Below are positions 37,083 to 46,044 of a stretch of DNA of 64,000 nucleotides, piece by piece. Origin of the DNA: a virus; the UHGV virus genome UHGV-0131811. The stretch is one strand, 5' to 3'. Positions within the stretch are counted from its first letter, which is position 1. Every line of letters begins with the position of its first letter. The position numbers were made by a program, and so were the translations under genes. The notes beneath the pieces were generated by a model, which had not been told where the DNA came from, ran no database searches, and saw only the letters and a program-made list of their open reading frames with translations.

Positions 37083-37415
37083 CTATTTGTTTAAATCTAC
37101 AGAGACTGAAGAGATAACATAAATACCTTCTTCAGCAAAGAATTGAGGTTTGCTAAGAGCACCAGTTGCCACGCATTTATCGTTAGCATCCCACAAGCTA
37201 TAGTGTGAGACCGTTGCAGAAGCTGGAACAGTAATATTAACTGTGTCTTCTGAGGCAATTAAGCCGTTATCCGGTTCAGAAAAATAAATAGCCACTGGCT
37301 GAGTAACCTTATTTGCTGTAGGGTCTGCCGTTGGGTCTACATTGTGTAAAATAATAGTCGTTGGGGTTAGCGTGGCGAGGATTTTATTCTTACCATCAAT
37401 AGTTAATGTTCCCAT
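37083..37415 (-). CDS. Hypothetical head protein
   Basis: 110 aa; by position. Confidence 0.35.
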   Translation of the reverse strand: MGTLTIDGKNKILATLTPTTIILHNVDPTADPTANKVTQPVAIYFSEPDNGLIASEDTVNITVPASATVSHYSLWDANDKCVATGALSKPQFFAEEGIYVISSVSVDLNK

Positions 37416-37915
37416 TAATTAAACCTTACTTTTTGTTTAAGGACTGTTGAATGGTTACCAGATTCATCTACCACATTTACAATCATATCATATACTTTAC
37501 CTTTGACAAGTACTTTGTAATCATTTTGTGAAAAAATGTATTCAAGTCTGTTTGTTTCTTTATTAACTGTCATTGGAGATTGAAATGCAGTGTCGAGGGT
37601 AATGAAAGCGGCTTCAATGCTATTAACATTGATACGTTTATTCTCGCAGTTATATAACTTTACACCCAAAAGGCATGAACTGTCAAATGGAATTTTAACA
37701 ATTTCACTACAATTTCCTGAAATAAACGGTTTCCCACTCATTGGAGCATCAAGTAACCTGCAAATAGTGAAAACGTCAGAGGTTTCACCATCACTTACAT
37801 AACCTGAAAGGCTGACCCTTGAGCCAACCTCTACAGATAATTTGTCAGTGATAATAAGAACACCTCTATACGAATGCACTCGTGTAGCATTTGAAATAGA
37901 GATAACTTCAGCCAT
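37415..37915 (-). CDS. Hypothetical head protein
   Basis: 166 aa; by position. Confidence 0.35.
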   Translation of the reverse strand: MAEVISISNATRVHSYRGVLIITDKLSVEVGSRVSLSGYVSDGETSDVFTICRLLDAPMSGKPFISGNCSEIVKIPFDSSCLLGVKLYNCENKRINVNSIEAAFITLDTAFQSPMTVNKETNRLEYIFSQNDYKVLVKGKVYDMIVNVVDESGNHSTVLKQKVRFN

Positions 37916-39390
37916 TATTTATTTGCCTTATTTGCTGTGCTTGGGTCTTTCGCTGAAGGTGTCTTTGCAGTACCTTCTCCAGCGGTCTTATAACCATCTC
38001 CTGAACGGCTTTGGCTATTTGGAGAAAGCTTTTCAGATACTGGCTGAGACTCATCAGCAGGAGGAAGACCAATATGCTCTCTAAGCTTGTTAGATAGTTC
38101 TTTGTCAACTTCCAAAGCACCTACTGCAACAGTCTTCTGAATATAAGAACCAATTGCTTCAAGGTCTGGAGTTTCGATATCATCATATGTGATTTGTACA
38201 TGTTCTTCATCATCCCACATATTAAGAGCATAAGTCTGTGCAACTAAGTCACGGTTAATTACGTTCTTAATTTGCTTCAGCAGAATATCTACTGACATCG
38301 CTAATAAGCTTGTCTTAGAATCTGCAAGAGAGAATGAACCGTATTTTGACTGACCCATAGCAAGAACATCTGACATAAATGCCATCATAATCTGCTTGGA
38401 GTATCTGTCAATAATAGAACCTGTATCGTATGCTTTAGCACCCTGTCTAGAAACTAATGAGAACTCGAAAATATCCTCTTTAGTATCTGGGTCGATATAT
38501 CTAGGCCAGATTAAACCTGCTCTGTCATTAGCAATCATATCGTTGACAACAGTTTTGCAGTATTGTACGAAAGCTTTCTTTTCAGGTTCTGCATTTTCAT
38601 CCAGATAATCTGGTGGTAAACCAATCTTTGGCATACCTACCAAGTCTCTTGAAACACCAACAGCTTCATACTCTTCAATCTGTACTTTATACTTCCACGG
38701 TACATAAGCATTAAGTAATGGTGAACGACCTTCTGGATTTCCATATTCATCGTCATACTTGAACAGCATGAATTTAGCTCGTGGAAGTTTTCTTGTTAGT
38801 GGTCTTTCTCCGAGATTAATTGCTCCAGCAATATGTGAAACATTTCTCAGATTCTGCCTAACACCTGTAACTTTTCTAAAGTCTTCGTCAAAATACCACT
38901 TATCAAGTGTTGATTGGTTTCTGATTGGTAATTTAGCCCATCCAATTAGACCATCATCAAATTTAGACTGGTACTTTCCTTTTTTACCCTGACGCTTCTT
39001 ATAAACTTTCTCGTTAACACAGAACCCATAAGTGCAGAATGACATTACAGAATTAATAAAATCTGCCCAATCATGCTCCATGTCATCCATTAAAGAATTA
39101 AAGAAGTCTGCTCTTTCAAGCATTTTAGGGTCTTGCTCTTTTCCCTTTGGAGGTACGAATCTCCAGTTGACTTTTCTGACAAACATCTTAATAATATTTA
39201 CAGATGCTGCTACAGCAGGGTCACGCATCATTAATTGGAAAGTTTTAATACTTTCAGGGAACCTTAGTGCCTGACGAGGTTCTTCATAGATTCTTCCATT
39301 CTTAACCTTCAGACCCAAAGAACCTACTTCACCCATTCTAAATGGTGGTAAGCTTTCTTGTGTTTCTGTAATATCTGCCATTCTTCTCAC
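37915..39390 (-). CDS. Putative portal protein
   Basis: 491 aa immediately downstream of large terminase; basic/Ala-rich C-terminal tail. Confidence 0.6.
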   Translation of the reverse strand: MRRMADITETQESLPPFRMGEVGSLGLKVKNGRIYEEPRQALRFPESIKTFQLMMRDPAVAASVNIIKMFVRKVNWRFVPPKGKEQDPKMLERADFFNSLMDDMEHDWADFINSVMSFCTYGFCVNEKVYKKRQGKKGKYQSKFDDGLIGWAKLPIRNQSTLDKWYFDEDFRKVTGVRQNLRNVSHIAGAINLGERPLTRKLPRAKFMLFKYDDEYGNPEGRSPLLNAYVPWKYKVQIEEYEAVGVSRDLVGMPKIGLPPDYLDENAEPEKKAFVQYCKTVVNDMIANDRAGLIWPRYIDPDTKEDIFEFSLVSRQGAKAYDTGSIIDRYSKQIMMAFMSDVLAMGQSKYGSFSLADSKTSLLAMSVDILLKQIKNVINRDLVAQTYALNMWDDEEHVQITYDDIETPDLEAIGSYIQKTVAVGALEVDKELSNKLREHIGLPPADESQPVSEKLSPNSQSRSGDGYKTAGEGTAKTPSAKDPSTANKANK

Positions 39391-39397
39391 CTAGCTA

Positions 39398-41014
39398 TCA
39401 ACGTCTAAGCCCCTCATATGGGTTTCCTCTCACTAAGTCTGTGTGAGCACCCATTGATGGTGGCTTGAATAATTTAACTTCGTTAAGACTGTTGAAAGCA
39501 TCACTGGTAGCATCCACTTGGTCATCTTTAGTTTTACCATCACCACAAAAACCTTCAAGTTCTTGAAAGTAAGCTTCGTTCCAACTACCTCTCAAGACTT
39601 TTACAAGTCCAGCTTCAGAAGCAGCAGAAAACCCCGCAAATCGGGTAACTTTGTCTTTATTTGTTGGTTTAGCTCTTGCTCGATAACCTTTCTCGGCAAG
39701 TTTCCTGATGAGGGATGTTGCGTAGGATTTACCAGCAGCGCCTGGGTCTTGAGGGATAAAAATACCAGTTCGCTTACCGTCACTTTCAGCAGTCAAATTA
39801 ATTTGTGTTTCGACTCCAGAGGGTCTATCTCTAAATCTTACTACATCAATGATATAATAGCAACCGTCTTTTTTAGATTTACCCATCTTAACACCTGCTG
39901 TCCAGTCTGGGTTAGGGTTAATCTCAGATGGTAAAGTTGCTGCTAAGTCCCATGCTCTGACATCGAATACATCTTCTGGGAGTGAATCAACAATTTCACA
40001 CCATTGTCTTTGCCAATAGTTTGAACCTTCTGCACGAGCCTTCCAGTTACCGAAACGAAGTCTTGCAACGTTTACAGGGGTGTTGTTTTCCAACTTACCA
40101 CGATATTTAGGTTCTAAGAAGTCAAGAATTGGGTTATCATCAATCGTACCAGAGATGAATGTATATGTTTGAGGAATCTCAAGAGGAAACATTTCAAGAA
40201 TCTTGTCTCTCTCCCAATCAGAAACCATAACACCATCATTCATTACATACCAACGAATACGACCACACTTTTCAGGGTCTGGGTAACCTTCTTCATCTAA
40301 GAATGGTTCTACCCAATCGTAAATAAAGTGGTCTCTGTCTGGGTTCATAGAAATCTTCATGTATGAATCACCTTCAGCCCCAGAACGTAGACGAGTCTGT
40401 AGGTATGAAATCTGTGAAGCAGAGAAGTGAGTACCTTCGTCAAAGTAAATAGCTGAATACTCAATACCCTGATGACCTTCAGCGTGCTTTTCAAGCTCTA
40501 GATAGGTAAACTTGATAGTTGCCCCAGAAGGGAATGTGATAGTCATCTTCTGCTCGTGAGGAACCCCACCAAACTTACCAAATAGTTTCTTTGCAGCAGG
40601 CCACAAACCACCTTGTAGCTGTGTTGTATTTCGACGGAAATATACAGCATTATAATTAGGGTCATCAATAAACCTTAAAGAGTCCATTAACAATGCAGCA
40701 GTCTTACCAGCACCCGCAGCACCACCATAGAGAACCAAGTCAGCATTAGTATTTAAAAAGACCTCTTGAGAACCCGGCTGAGGGGCTACATAATTCTTAT
40801 CAGTCATCAATTTAAAGATAAGGCGAACTTGGTCTGGTGTGTATCTTAATAAAGTCAGAATTTGAGTTGGAAGGAATTTAGAGGGGTCTTTACCGAATGA
40901 TTTAATAATTTCTTTTACTTCATCAGAAAGCCCCAACTCTCCAGCTAGGACTTTCCTAACATCTTCCACTCGCTTCTGCTTAACAGCATTTAAGTCCATT
41001 AAGCACCTCCGCAA
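39398..41014 (-). CDS. Terminase large subunit
   Basis: 538 aa; Walker A VLYGGAAGAGKT in N-terminal ATPase domain; acidic-residue nuclease half. Confidence 0.8.
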   Translation of the reverse strand: MRRCLMDLNAVKQKRVEDVRKVLAGELGLSDEVKEIIKSFGKDPSKFLPTQILTLLRYTPDQVRLIFKLMTDKNYVAPQPGSQEVFLNTNADLVLYGGAAGAGKTAALLMDSLRFIDDPNYNAVYFRRNTTQLQGGLWPAAKKLFGKFGGVPHEQKMTITFPSGATIKFTYLELEKHAEGHQGIEYSAIYFDEGTHFSASQISYLQTRLRSGAEGDSYMKISMNPDRDHFIYDWVEPFLDEEGYPDPEKCGRIRWYVMNDGVMVSDWERDKILEMFPLEIPQTYTFISGTIDDNPILDFLEPKYRGKLENNTPVNVARLRFGNWKARAEGSNYWQRQWCEIVDSLPEDVFDVRAWDLAATLPSEINPNPDWTAGVKMGKSKKDGCYYIIDVVRFRDRPSGVETQINLTAESDGKRTGIFIPQDPGAAGKSYATSLIRKLAEKGYRARAKPTNKDKVTRFAGFSAASEAGLVKVLRGSWNEAYFQELEGFCGDGKTKDDQVDATSDAFNSLNEVKLFKPPSMGAHTDLVRGNPYEGLRR

Positions 41015-41020
41015 ATAGAA

Positions 41021-41221
41021 TTATTCAGAGTCTGTAGCAGTCTCTTCTTTCTTAACTTCGAACTTTGCATCAACAGCATCAAGAAGTGCATCCATAGATG
41101 CTTCTTTAATATCAATACCTGTTGCTACAGACAATCTGTCTGCAATTGCCATGATAGTATTCTGCATAAATTCTAGCTTTTTATTAGCTTCATAAAGTTC
41201 TTTATAAACGGTCTCGCTCAT
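41021..41221 (-). CDS. Hypothetical small acidic protein
   Basis: 66 aa ORF just upstream of terminase. Confidence 0.35.
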   Translation of the reverse strand: MSETVYKELYEANKKLEFMQNTIMAIADRLSVATGIDIKEASMDALLDAVDAKFEVKKEETATDSE

Positions 41222-41443
41222 TATGTTTTCTCCAAATAGTTAATCATGTTTCCCCTTAAAAAAGACGGCACAGAGACCGTCAAGGAGAAACCACAATGTA
41301 CGTCAGAGACATACTGTATAAGTCTTCCTATAAAGTATAACTCTGTAAAAAAGCCCTGTCTAAAAATACTCTTCGGTAGCGAAAGGAAGAATACTTATAG
41401 CAGGGCATTATTATTATTTTAATTGAGAGAGAGTAAAATAACT

Positions 41444-41519
41444 TGGAGAATCCGAAGGGACTCGAACCCTTATAAACCTGTTTTGCAGACAGGCACATAG
41501 CCGTTTCTGTCACGGATTC
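41444..41519 (-). tRNA. tRNA-Cys (GCA)
   Basis: Hand-folded: acceptor GAATCCG/CGGATTC, anticodon loop CTGCAAA, T-loop TTCGAGT, encoded CCA. Confidence 0.7.
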
Positions 41520-41524
41520 AAATT

Positions 41525-41616
41525 GGAGGAAGATACCAGACTTGAACTGGTACACCGATTTCTCAGCTACTGGCAGTTTAGCAAACTGCTCCCTTACCTT
41601 TTAGGGTTAATCTTCC
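41525..41616 (-). tRNA. tRNA-Ser (GCU), class II
   Basis: Acceptor GGAAGAT/ATCTTCC, anticodon loop TTGCTAA, long variable arm, T-loop TTCAAGT, CCA. Confidence 0.7.
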
Positions 41617-41618
41617 AT

Positions 41619-42416
41619 TTATTTCTGTAATGCGTTCTTCATTTCTGGTGTTGCAATAGTGTCAATTACACCAGTTTTACAAGCATCATCAAACCAGTCT
41701 GGTAAGATACCTGCTAAGAACCCATTGATATTCGTTTTAAGGTACTCTGCAATAAGAGCAGCTTCTTCTTCAATCATCTGCACAACTTCATCTGCATAAG
41801 CTGTAATTTTTGAAATACCTTCATTAATCTTACTAACAGCTTGCTCAGCTAAATCAGAAATAGTATCAAGACCTTTGTCAATAGCATCTTGTAAGTCACT
41901 TAACACACCATTAACACTATCTAGTGCACTGTTAATCGTATCAATAGTTTTTTGACCATACTCTGTAGCAACACCCATAATACCACTAAATGGTGTACAG
42001 CCAACTTGTTCACCTGCTGCACCCATAACATTAGAGTAACCTTTTGCTACCTGCATACGTGATGAAAACTCATCAATGGACTTTTGACCGTAATCTGTTA
42101 GTGTTTTGGTAGTTGATGTAGTGCTTGTCAGACTCGTGGTAAAGCTGTTAAGCAGAACTGTTGTAAGTCCAGCAGCAACAAGCTTATCCTTTACTGTAGG
42201 GTCTGATACAGAGCTAATAGAGCTTACAAGTGATGTAGAGGCAGCTACGGTTCCACCGAGAACTGCTGCACCAGTAATAAGGGGGTTAGAAAACCCTTTA
42301 CCGGTTTTTAAGAGATTGAAAATCTCCTTACCTTGTTCTGTCATCTCTTTCATTAAGCACCTTTGAAATTGGTAGTCCAGTGGGATTTGAACCCTCTTCT
42401 CATGTTTTTCAGACAC
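41619..42416 (-). CDS. Hypothetical Ser/Thr-rich protein embedded in tRNA array
   Basis: 265 aa with low-complexity S/T-rich middle and helical C-terminus; same strand as tRNAs. Confidence 0.45.
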   Translation of the reverse strand: MSEKHEKRVQIPLDYQFQRCLMKEMTEQGKEIFNLLKTGKGFSNPLITGAAVLGGTVAASTSLVSSISSVSDPTVKDKLVAAGLTTVLLNSFTTSLTSTTSTTKTLTDYGQKSIDEFSSRMQVAKGYSNVMGAAGEQVGCTPFSGIMGVATEYGQKTIDTINSALDSVNGVLSDLQDAIDKGLDTISDLAEQAVSKINEGISKITAYADEVVQMIEEEAALIAEYLKTNINGFLAGILPDWFDDACKTGVIDTIATPEMKNALQK

Positions 42417-42445
42417 GCGCTTTAACCATATAAGCTACTTGGACT
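42369..42445 (-). tRNA. tRNA, probably Phe (GAA)
   Basis: T-loop TTCAAAT; anticodon loop CTGAAAA on CGTGT/ACATG stem; acceptor register and 3' end slightly ambiguous. Confidence 0.55.
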
Positions 42446-42450
42446 ATAAA

Positions 42451-42526
42451 TTGGGGTGACCTACGGGATTTGAACCCGTATAGACCATGTTCACAGCATG
42501 GGTCATTACCATTTATGATAAGGCCA
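42451..42526 (-). tRNA. tRNA-His (GUG)
   Basis: Acceptor GTGGCCT/AGGTCAC, anticodon loop CTGTGAA, T-loop TTCAAAT, CCA. Confidence 0.65.
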
Positions 42527-42557
42527 CATTTAAGGACTCTCGTAAGAATCCTTAGAA

Positions 42558-42633
42558 GTGGCAGCGGCATAAGGATTTGAACCTTAATAGGACAGCTTCA
42601 GAGACTGCTGCATTGCCAGTTATGCTATACCGC
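42558..42633 (-). tRNA. tRNA-Gln (CUG)
   Basis: Acceptor AGCGGTA/TGCCGCT, D-arm GCAT/ATGC, anticodon loop CTCTGAA, T-loop TTCAAAT, CCA. Confidence 0.55.
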
Positions 42634-42638
42634 TAAAT

Positions 42639-42717
42639 TTGGTACTCCATATCGGATTCGAACCGATACATAACACAGATTTTAAGTCTGGCCTCTCTGC
42701 CAATTGGAGTAATGGAG
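42639..42717 (-). tRNA. tRNA with anticodon UAA (Leu-type) but class I (short variable arm) architecture
   Basis: T-arm ATCGG-TTCGAAT-CCGAT, D-loop AATTGGCAG, anticodon loop CTTAAAA, discriminator A, CCA; variable region ~7 nt. Confidence 0.5.
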
Positions 42718-42719
42718 CA

Positions 42720-42795
42720 TTGGCGGGGGATGTTGGAATTGAACCAACTTCTTCGATTTCAAAGACCGAGGTTTTAACCTTGTAAACTAATCCCC
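42720..42795 (-). tRNA. tRNA-Gln (UUG)
   Basis: T-arm GTTGG-TTCAATT-CCAAC, anticodon loop CTTTGAA; 5' end uncertain by 1 nt. Confidence 0.55.
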
Positions 42796-42804
42796 TTTAA
42801 ATCT

Positions 42805-43362
42805 TTACTTTCTCAGTGGATGAATAAAGAATGCCAACATAACTCTTTCCCTTGAGAATGCTCTTTCTTCTGGGACAACACTTTTAAGTTTCCATCCAAC
42901 ATAAATTCTCCAGTAAAACTGTTTACCGAAGACTTTAATTGATGGGATAAAAGCGAATAATCCCCAAGCATTACTGTTCCACATTAGGAGATAACCAGTC
43001 TGATTATCTTCAGGGTTAGAACTTACGTTGATATTACCTTTCCACTTAGTAACATCTCTTACATCTCTTCCTAATACATGGTAAGAGAAGTTATAAGCTT
43101 TGTTTCTCCAGAGCCATCCGACTCTTTGCATGTAGACACCTAGTTTACCAATCCATCTAATATTAGCCCATCTTTTAACGTGACCTTCATCACCATCAAT
43201 TGGGTTGTCATATGTCTCCATCCATCTGAACCCGAAAGGTAAGTGTCCTTTCTTCTCACTGTAGAATGGAACTACAAAAGGTGCTAAGATAACTGCTAAG
43301 ATTGCTGCAAATGGCTCTAACAAAGCTAAGAAAATCCATGAAGCATACTTTAAGTATCTCAT
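42805..43362 (-). CDS. Hypothetical membrane-associated protein inside tRNA array
   Basis: 185 aa; hydrophobic N-terminal ~35 aa, Trp/Arg-rich remainder. Confidence 0.45.
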   Translation of the reverse strand: MRYLKYASWIFLALLEPFAAILAVILAPFVVPFYSEKKGHLPFGFRWMETYDNPIDGDEGHVKRWANIRWIGKLGVYMQRVGWLWRNKAYNFSYHVLGRDVRDVTKWKGNINVSSNPEDNQTGYLLMWNSNAWGLFAFIPSIKVFGKQFYWRIYVGWKLKSVVPEERAFSRERVMLAFFIHPLRK

Positions 43363-43601
43363 TGTCTAATCCTCGTAAGGAGGTAAATGTTATTATTCGT
43401 TTCTAAACCTTCTGGTAAAACTGTCTCAAAAATAACACTCTTCAGATGTCTACCACCAAAACAATCACGTATAAATCTTTCTACTCTAGCGGGGTCGCAT
43501 AAGTATCCCACTTTTAAGAAAATGTGGTGTTCAACACCAATGACCCTGACAAACTCAATACTCTCACAGTTTTCATGTTCAACTACTGTTAATGTTTGCA
43601 T
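43359..43601 (-). CDS. Hypothetical protein inside tRNA array
   Basis: 80 aa; stop overlaps start of 42805..43362. Confidence 0.4.
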   Translation of the reverse strand: MQTLTVVEHENCESIEFVRVIGVEHHIFLKVGYLCDPARVERFIRDCFGGRHLKSVIFETVLPEGLETNNNIYLLTRIRQ

Positions 43602-43618
43602 AGTATCACCTTTTTATC

Positions 43619-43694
43619 TGGCGCAGGATAAGGGATTCGAACCCCTATTAACAGCTTCGTAGACTGTTGCTCTTTCCATTTGAACTAATCCTGC
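43619..43694 (-). tRNA. tRNA-Arg (ACG)
   Basis: Acceptor GCAGGAT/ATCCTGC, anticodon loop CTACGAA, T-arm AGGGG-TTCGAAT-CCCTT, CCA. Confidence 0.7.
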
Positions 43695-43699
43695 AAAAT

Positions 43700-43777
43700 T
43701 GGTGTTCCAAGACGGATTCGAACCGTCACTAATACAAGGTTTGAGCTTGCATCCTCTGCCAATTGGGATACTGGAAC
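43700..43777 (-). tRNA. tRNA with anticodon CAA (Leu-type) but class I architecture
   Basis: Acceptor GTTCCAG/TTGGAAC, D-loop AATTGGCAG, anticodon arm GCAAG-CTCAAAC-CTTGT, T-arm GACGG-TTCGAAT-CCGTC, discriminator A, CCA. Confidence 0.5.
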
Positions 43778-43778
43778 A

Positions 43779-43853
43779 TGGTACTCACTAAAGGACTTGA
43801 ACCTTTTTCTTCATCTTGTAAGGGTGATGTTTTACCATATAAACTAAGCGAGT
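43779..43853 (-). tRNA. tRNA, anticodon arm ambiguous (possibly Val UAC)
   Basis: Acceptor ACTCGCT/AGTGAGT, T-arm AAAGG-TTCAAGT-CCTTT, CCA; anticodon stem has a mismatch or enlarged loop. Confidence 0.45.
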
Positions 43854-43949
43854 ATGAAAGAGGTCTGAAGTTGTGCCGCTAACTCAACTCCGTGGTATTT
43901 GTTACGGTCTTCAGTTGACTCAAAGCGGTCTTTCACTTGACCTCTGAAT

Positions 43950-44026
43950 TGGTGCTGCTCACAGGACTCGAACCTGCATTTCCATCCTTACAAGGGATGT
44001 GTAATAGCCAATTATACGAAAGCAGC
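43950..44026 (-). tRNA. tRNA-Thr (UGU)
   Basis: Acceptor GCTGCTT/GAGCAGC, anticodon arm CATCC-CTTGTAA-GGATG, T-loop TTCGAGT, CCA. Confidence 0.7.
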
Positions 44027-44032
44027 ATTGTT

Positions 44033-44107
44033 TGGAGCATCCAGAGGGAATCGAACCCTCAACCTCAGTTTGGAAGACTGTAATTTTCCCGTTTAAACTA
44101 TGGATGC
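44033..44107 (-). tRNA. tRNA-Gly (UCC)
   Basis: Acceptor GCATCCA/TGGATGC, anticodon loop CTTCCAA, T-arm GAGGG-TTCGATT-CCCTC, CCA. Confidence 0.65.
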
Positions 44108-44113
44108 ACTAAT

Positions 44114-44189
44114 TGGTGGAGAAGCAGGGAATTGAACCCTGTACTTAAGTTTGCAAAACTTATGTTTTAACCATGTAAACTACATCCCC
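44114..44189 (-). tRNA. tRNA-Ala (UGC)
   Basis: Anticodon arm TAAGT-TTTGCAA-ACTTA, T-arm CAGGG-TTCAATT-CCCTG, CCA; acceptor has one mismatch. Confidence 0.6.
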
Positions 44190-44195
44190 AATGTT

Positions 44196-44271
44196 TGGTA
44201 CAGGTGGAGGGAATTGAACCCATCGTCTTACTGATTAAGAGTCAGCCGCATAACCATTCTGCTACACCTGC
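44196..44271 (-). tRNA. tRNA-Lys (CUU)
   Basis: Acceptor GCAGGTG/CACCTGT, anticodon loop CTCTTAA, T-loop TTCAATT, CCA. Confidence 0.6.
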
Positions 44272-44278
44272 ATTAATT

Positions 44279-44355
44279 TGGTACACCTAGAGAGATTCGA
44301 ACTCACACTGAGCAGATTCTAAGTCTGCTGCCTCTACCAGTTGGGCTATAGGTGC
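44279..44355 (-). tRNA. tRNA with anticodon UAG (Leu-type) but class I architecture
   Basis: Acceptor GCACCTA/TAGGTGT, D-arm GCCC-AACTGGTAG-AGGC, anticodon arm GCAGA-CTTAGAA-TCTGC, 5-nt variable loop, T-loop TTCGAAT, discriminator A, CCA. Confidence 0.55.
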
Positions 44356-44613
44356 ATTAAATCTTTTTAGAGAACTTCTAAGAACCTGAGCAACAAGGTT
44401 CCACAACAAGCGACTAATAACCTTAGAAGCCCTCTAAAAAGACCTAAATAGGTCTTTGCATAGTCTTGTTTAATCCGGTGACTAGAACCTTTGGAGAGCT
44501 TGATATTATCTCTTCTCCGTGACACCTACTAGGTGTTTTATCAGTGTGTACGACAATACACGAGGGATACCAAAGCAACATCCGAATGAAGCTTGGCTTT
44601 AAATCTTATTAGG

Positions 44614-44701
44614 CGGTAAGTAAAGGAGTCGAACCCTCACCGTATCTCTACAGTGGCAACTGTTTTCAAGACAGTTTGGCTACCATTAGCCGCTACCTAC
44701 C
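44614..44701 (-). tRNA. tRNA-Ser (UGA), class II
   Basis: Acceptor GGTAGGT/ACTTACC, anticodon arm ACTGT-CTTGAAA-ACAGT, long variable arm, T-loop TTCGACT; CCA not encoded. Confidence 0.65.
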
Positions 44702-44714
44702 CCTAATAAGACTT

Positions 44715-44797
44715 TGGCATGGGACGGAGGAGTTGAACCCCTTTGAAACGGTGTTGGAAGCCGTTGCTCATGCCTTAGAGTCTTAACATCGTCCCAT
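44715..44797 (-). tRNA. tRNA-like gene, atypical (83 nt); anticodon undetermined
   Basis: Acceptor ATGGGAC/GTCCCAT (8 bp possible), T-loop TTCAACT, CCA; D region about 7 nt too long and anticodon arm cannot be placed unambiguously. Confidence 0.4.
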
Positions 44798-44934
44798 ACT
44801 ATAATTCGAAGCTTACCGTATTATCTCAACACTGTAAAGCCCCTTCTCAGATTATTTACATGTTCTGGAAAACATGAGATACAGACCACCTCCCTACAGG
44901 AAGACCCGCTAAGGTCGTCTAAGTAATCTGCTAA

Positions 44935-45282
44935 CTAATATTTTGCATGTCTTACCCTATGGCAATTTGAACATAGCAAAACACATTTGTCAAGTTCATC
45001 TTTTAGTTCTTGAGAGAACTTAAGGCTTTTCCTATGACCAATGTTAAAATCTTTATCTGAAGGATTCAAATGATGGAAGTCATACACTGCTGGATGATAC
45101 TTCTTACCACAATCATGACAAACCCCACCTTTGTACTCAATAGCTAAGAGTTTAAGTGCTCTTTGTCTTTCTATGGTTTGCTCATTAACACACTTTTTAC
45201 AGTATGAATGAGTTCTCCTACCATCTTTCATGTAGAAATCATTTTCATCCTTGCTAAGTTTGCACCTAATACAAGTTTTCAT
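44935..45282 (-). CDS. HNH endonuclease inside tRNA array
   Basis: CIRCKL...CKKC and CHDCG...HHLNP...CSNCHRVRH (two zinc knuckles plus HNH core). Track N-terminal extension to 45333 overlaps the adjacent tRNA-like gene, so start trimmed to the internal Met. Confidence 0.65.
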   Translation of the reverse strand: MKTCIRCKLSKDENDFYMKDGRRTHSYCKKCVNEQTIERQRALKLLAIEYKGGVCHDCGKKYHPAVYDFHHLNPSDKDFNIGHRKSLKFSQELKDELDKCVLLCSNCHRVRHAKY

Positions 45283-45296
45283 GATTTCTCCAAAAT

Positions 45297-45378
45297 TGGT
45301 CGAGGCGGCAGGACTCGAACCCGCATACTCCACTTACTCGGTTAACGGCGGTTTAGAAGACCGCTGAGATACGCCCCG
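45297..45378 (-). tRNA. tRNA-like element with canonical acceptor/T-arm but atypical D/anticodon region
   Basis: Acceptor CGGGGCG/CGCCTCG, T-arm GCGGG-TTCGAGT-CCTGC, CCA; interior has hairpin GCGGT-CTTCTAA-ACCGC only 9 nt after the acceptor, so no standard cloverleaf; the hairpin carries the recurring GGTCTTCT spacer motif. Confidence 0.35.
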
Positions 45379-45626
45379 TAATTATCTTTAAAGACTCTCT
45401 TAGAAAGCCCTTAAAGATGCCCACCTTATTAATCATACCGTGGGCGAGTACGCCAAATTCTTTGATGAGGGATTGGAAGACCTCACTGGTGTTTAGCCTA
45501 TCAAGCTACTGCCAGAAAAACATTGTCGTTTGCATTTATTTTAAATTTGCAAAATAGACGCTACGCAACGAAAACTAAGGTTACTATAAAGTAGTCACAT
45601 CTCAATGTCAACAACTTTATTGAAAT

Positions 45627-45702
45627 TGGTACTGGTAGGTGGAATCGAACCACCGATGTTCCCTTATCAGGGGAGTGTTATAACCTTCTTAACTATACCA
45701 GC
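45627..45702 (-). tRNA. tRNA-Ile (GAU)
   Basis: Acceptor GCTGGTA/TACCAGT, anticodon loop CTGATAA, T-arm GGTGG-TTCGATT-CCACC, CCA. Confidence 0.65.
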
Positions 45703-45703
45703 T

Positions 45704-45780
45704 TGGAGGTTCAGATGGGAATCGAACCCACATTCATAGGGCTTATGAGACCCTTGCATTACCTTATCTGCGACTGAACC
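45704..45780 (-). tRNA. tRNA-Met (CAU)
   Basis: Acceptor GGTTCAG/CTGAACC, anticodon arm AGGGT-CTCATAA-GCCCT, T-loop TTCGATT, CCA. Confidence 0.65.
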
Positions 45781-45784
45781 ATAT

Positions 45785-45860
45785 TGGTAGAAGTGGAGGG
45801 ATTCGAACCCATCGCCTGTCAGATTAAAAGTCTGCCGCATCACCATTCTGCTACACTTCC
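45785..45860 (-). tRNA. tRNA-Lys (UUU)
   Basis: Acceptor GGAAGTG/CACTTCT, anticodon loop CTTTTAA, T-loop TTCGAAT, CCA. Confidence 0.65.
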
Positions 45861-46044
45861 ATTAAATTACCTTTGTAGATAAGCTACCCAGACTTGCTTA
45901 AGGTCTGTAGCGATGTGCCTTTTTGGGTTTAAATCTAGAATTTACCCATTCACCCTTTGTGGTCGCATACTCACAGGTAAGCTTAATAACTTATCTACAA
46001 AGATAATTACCAGACCGTTGTTTATCATCTTAAGTGCTACCATT

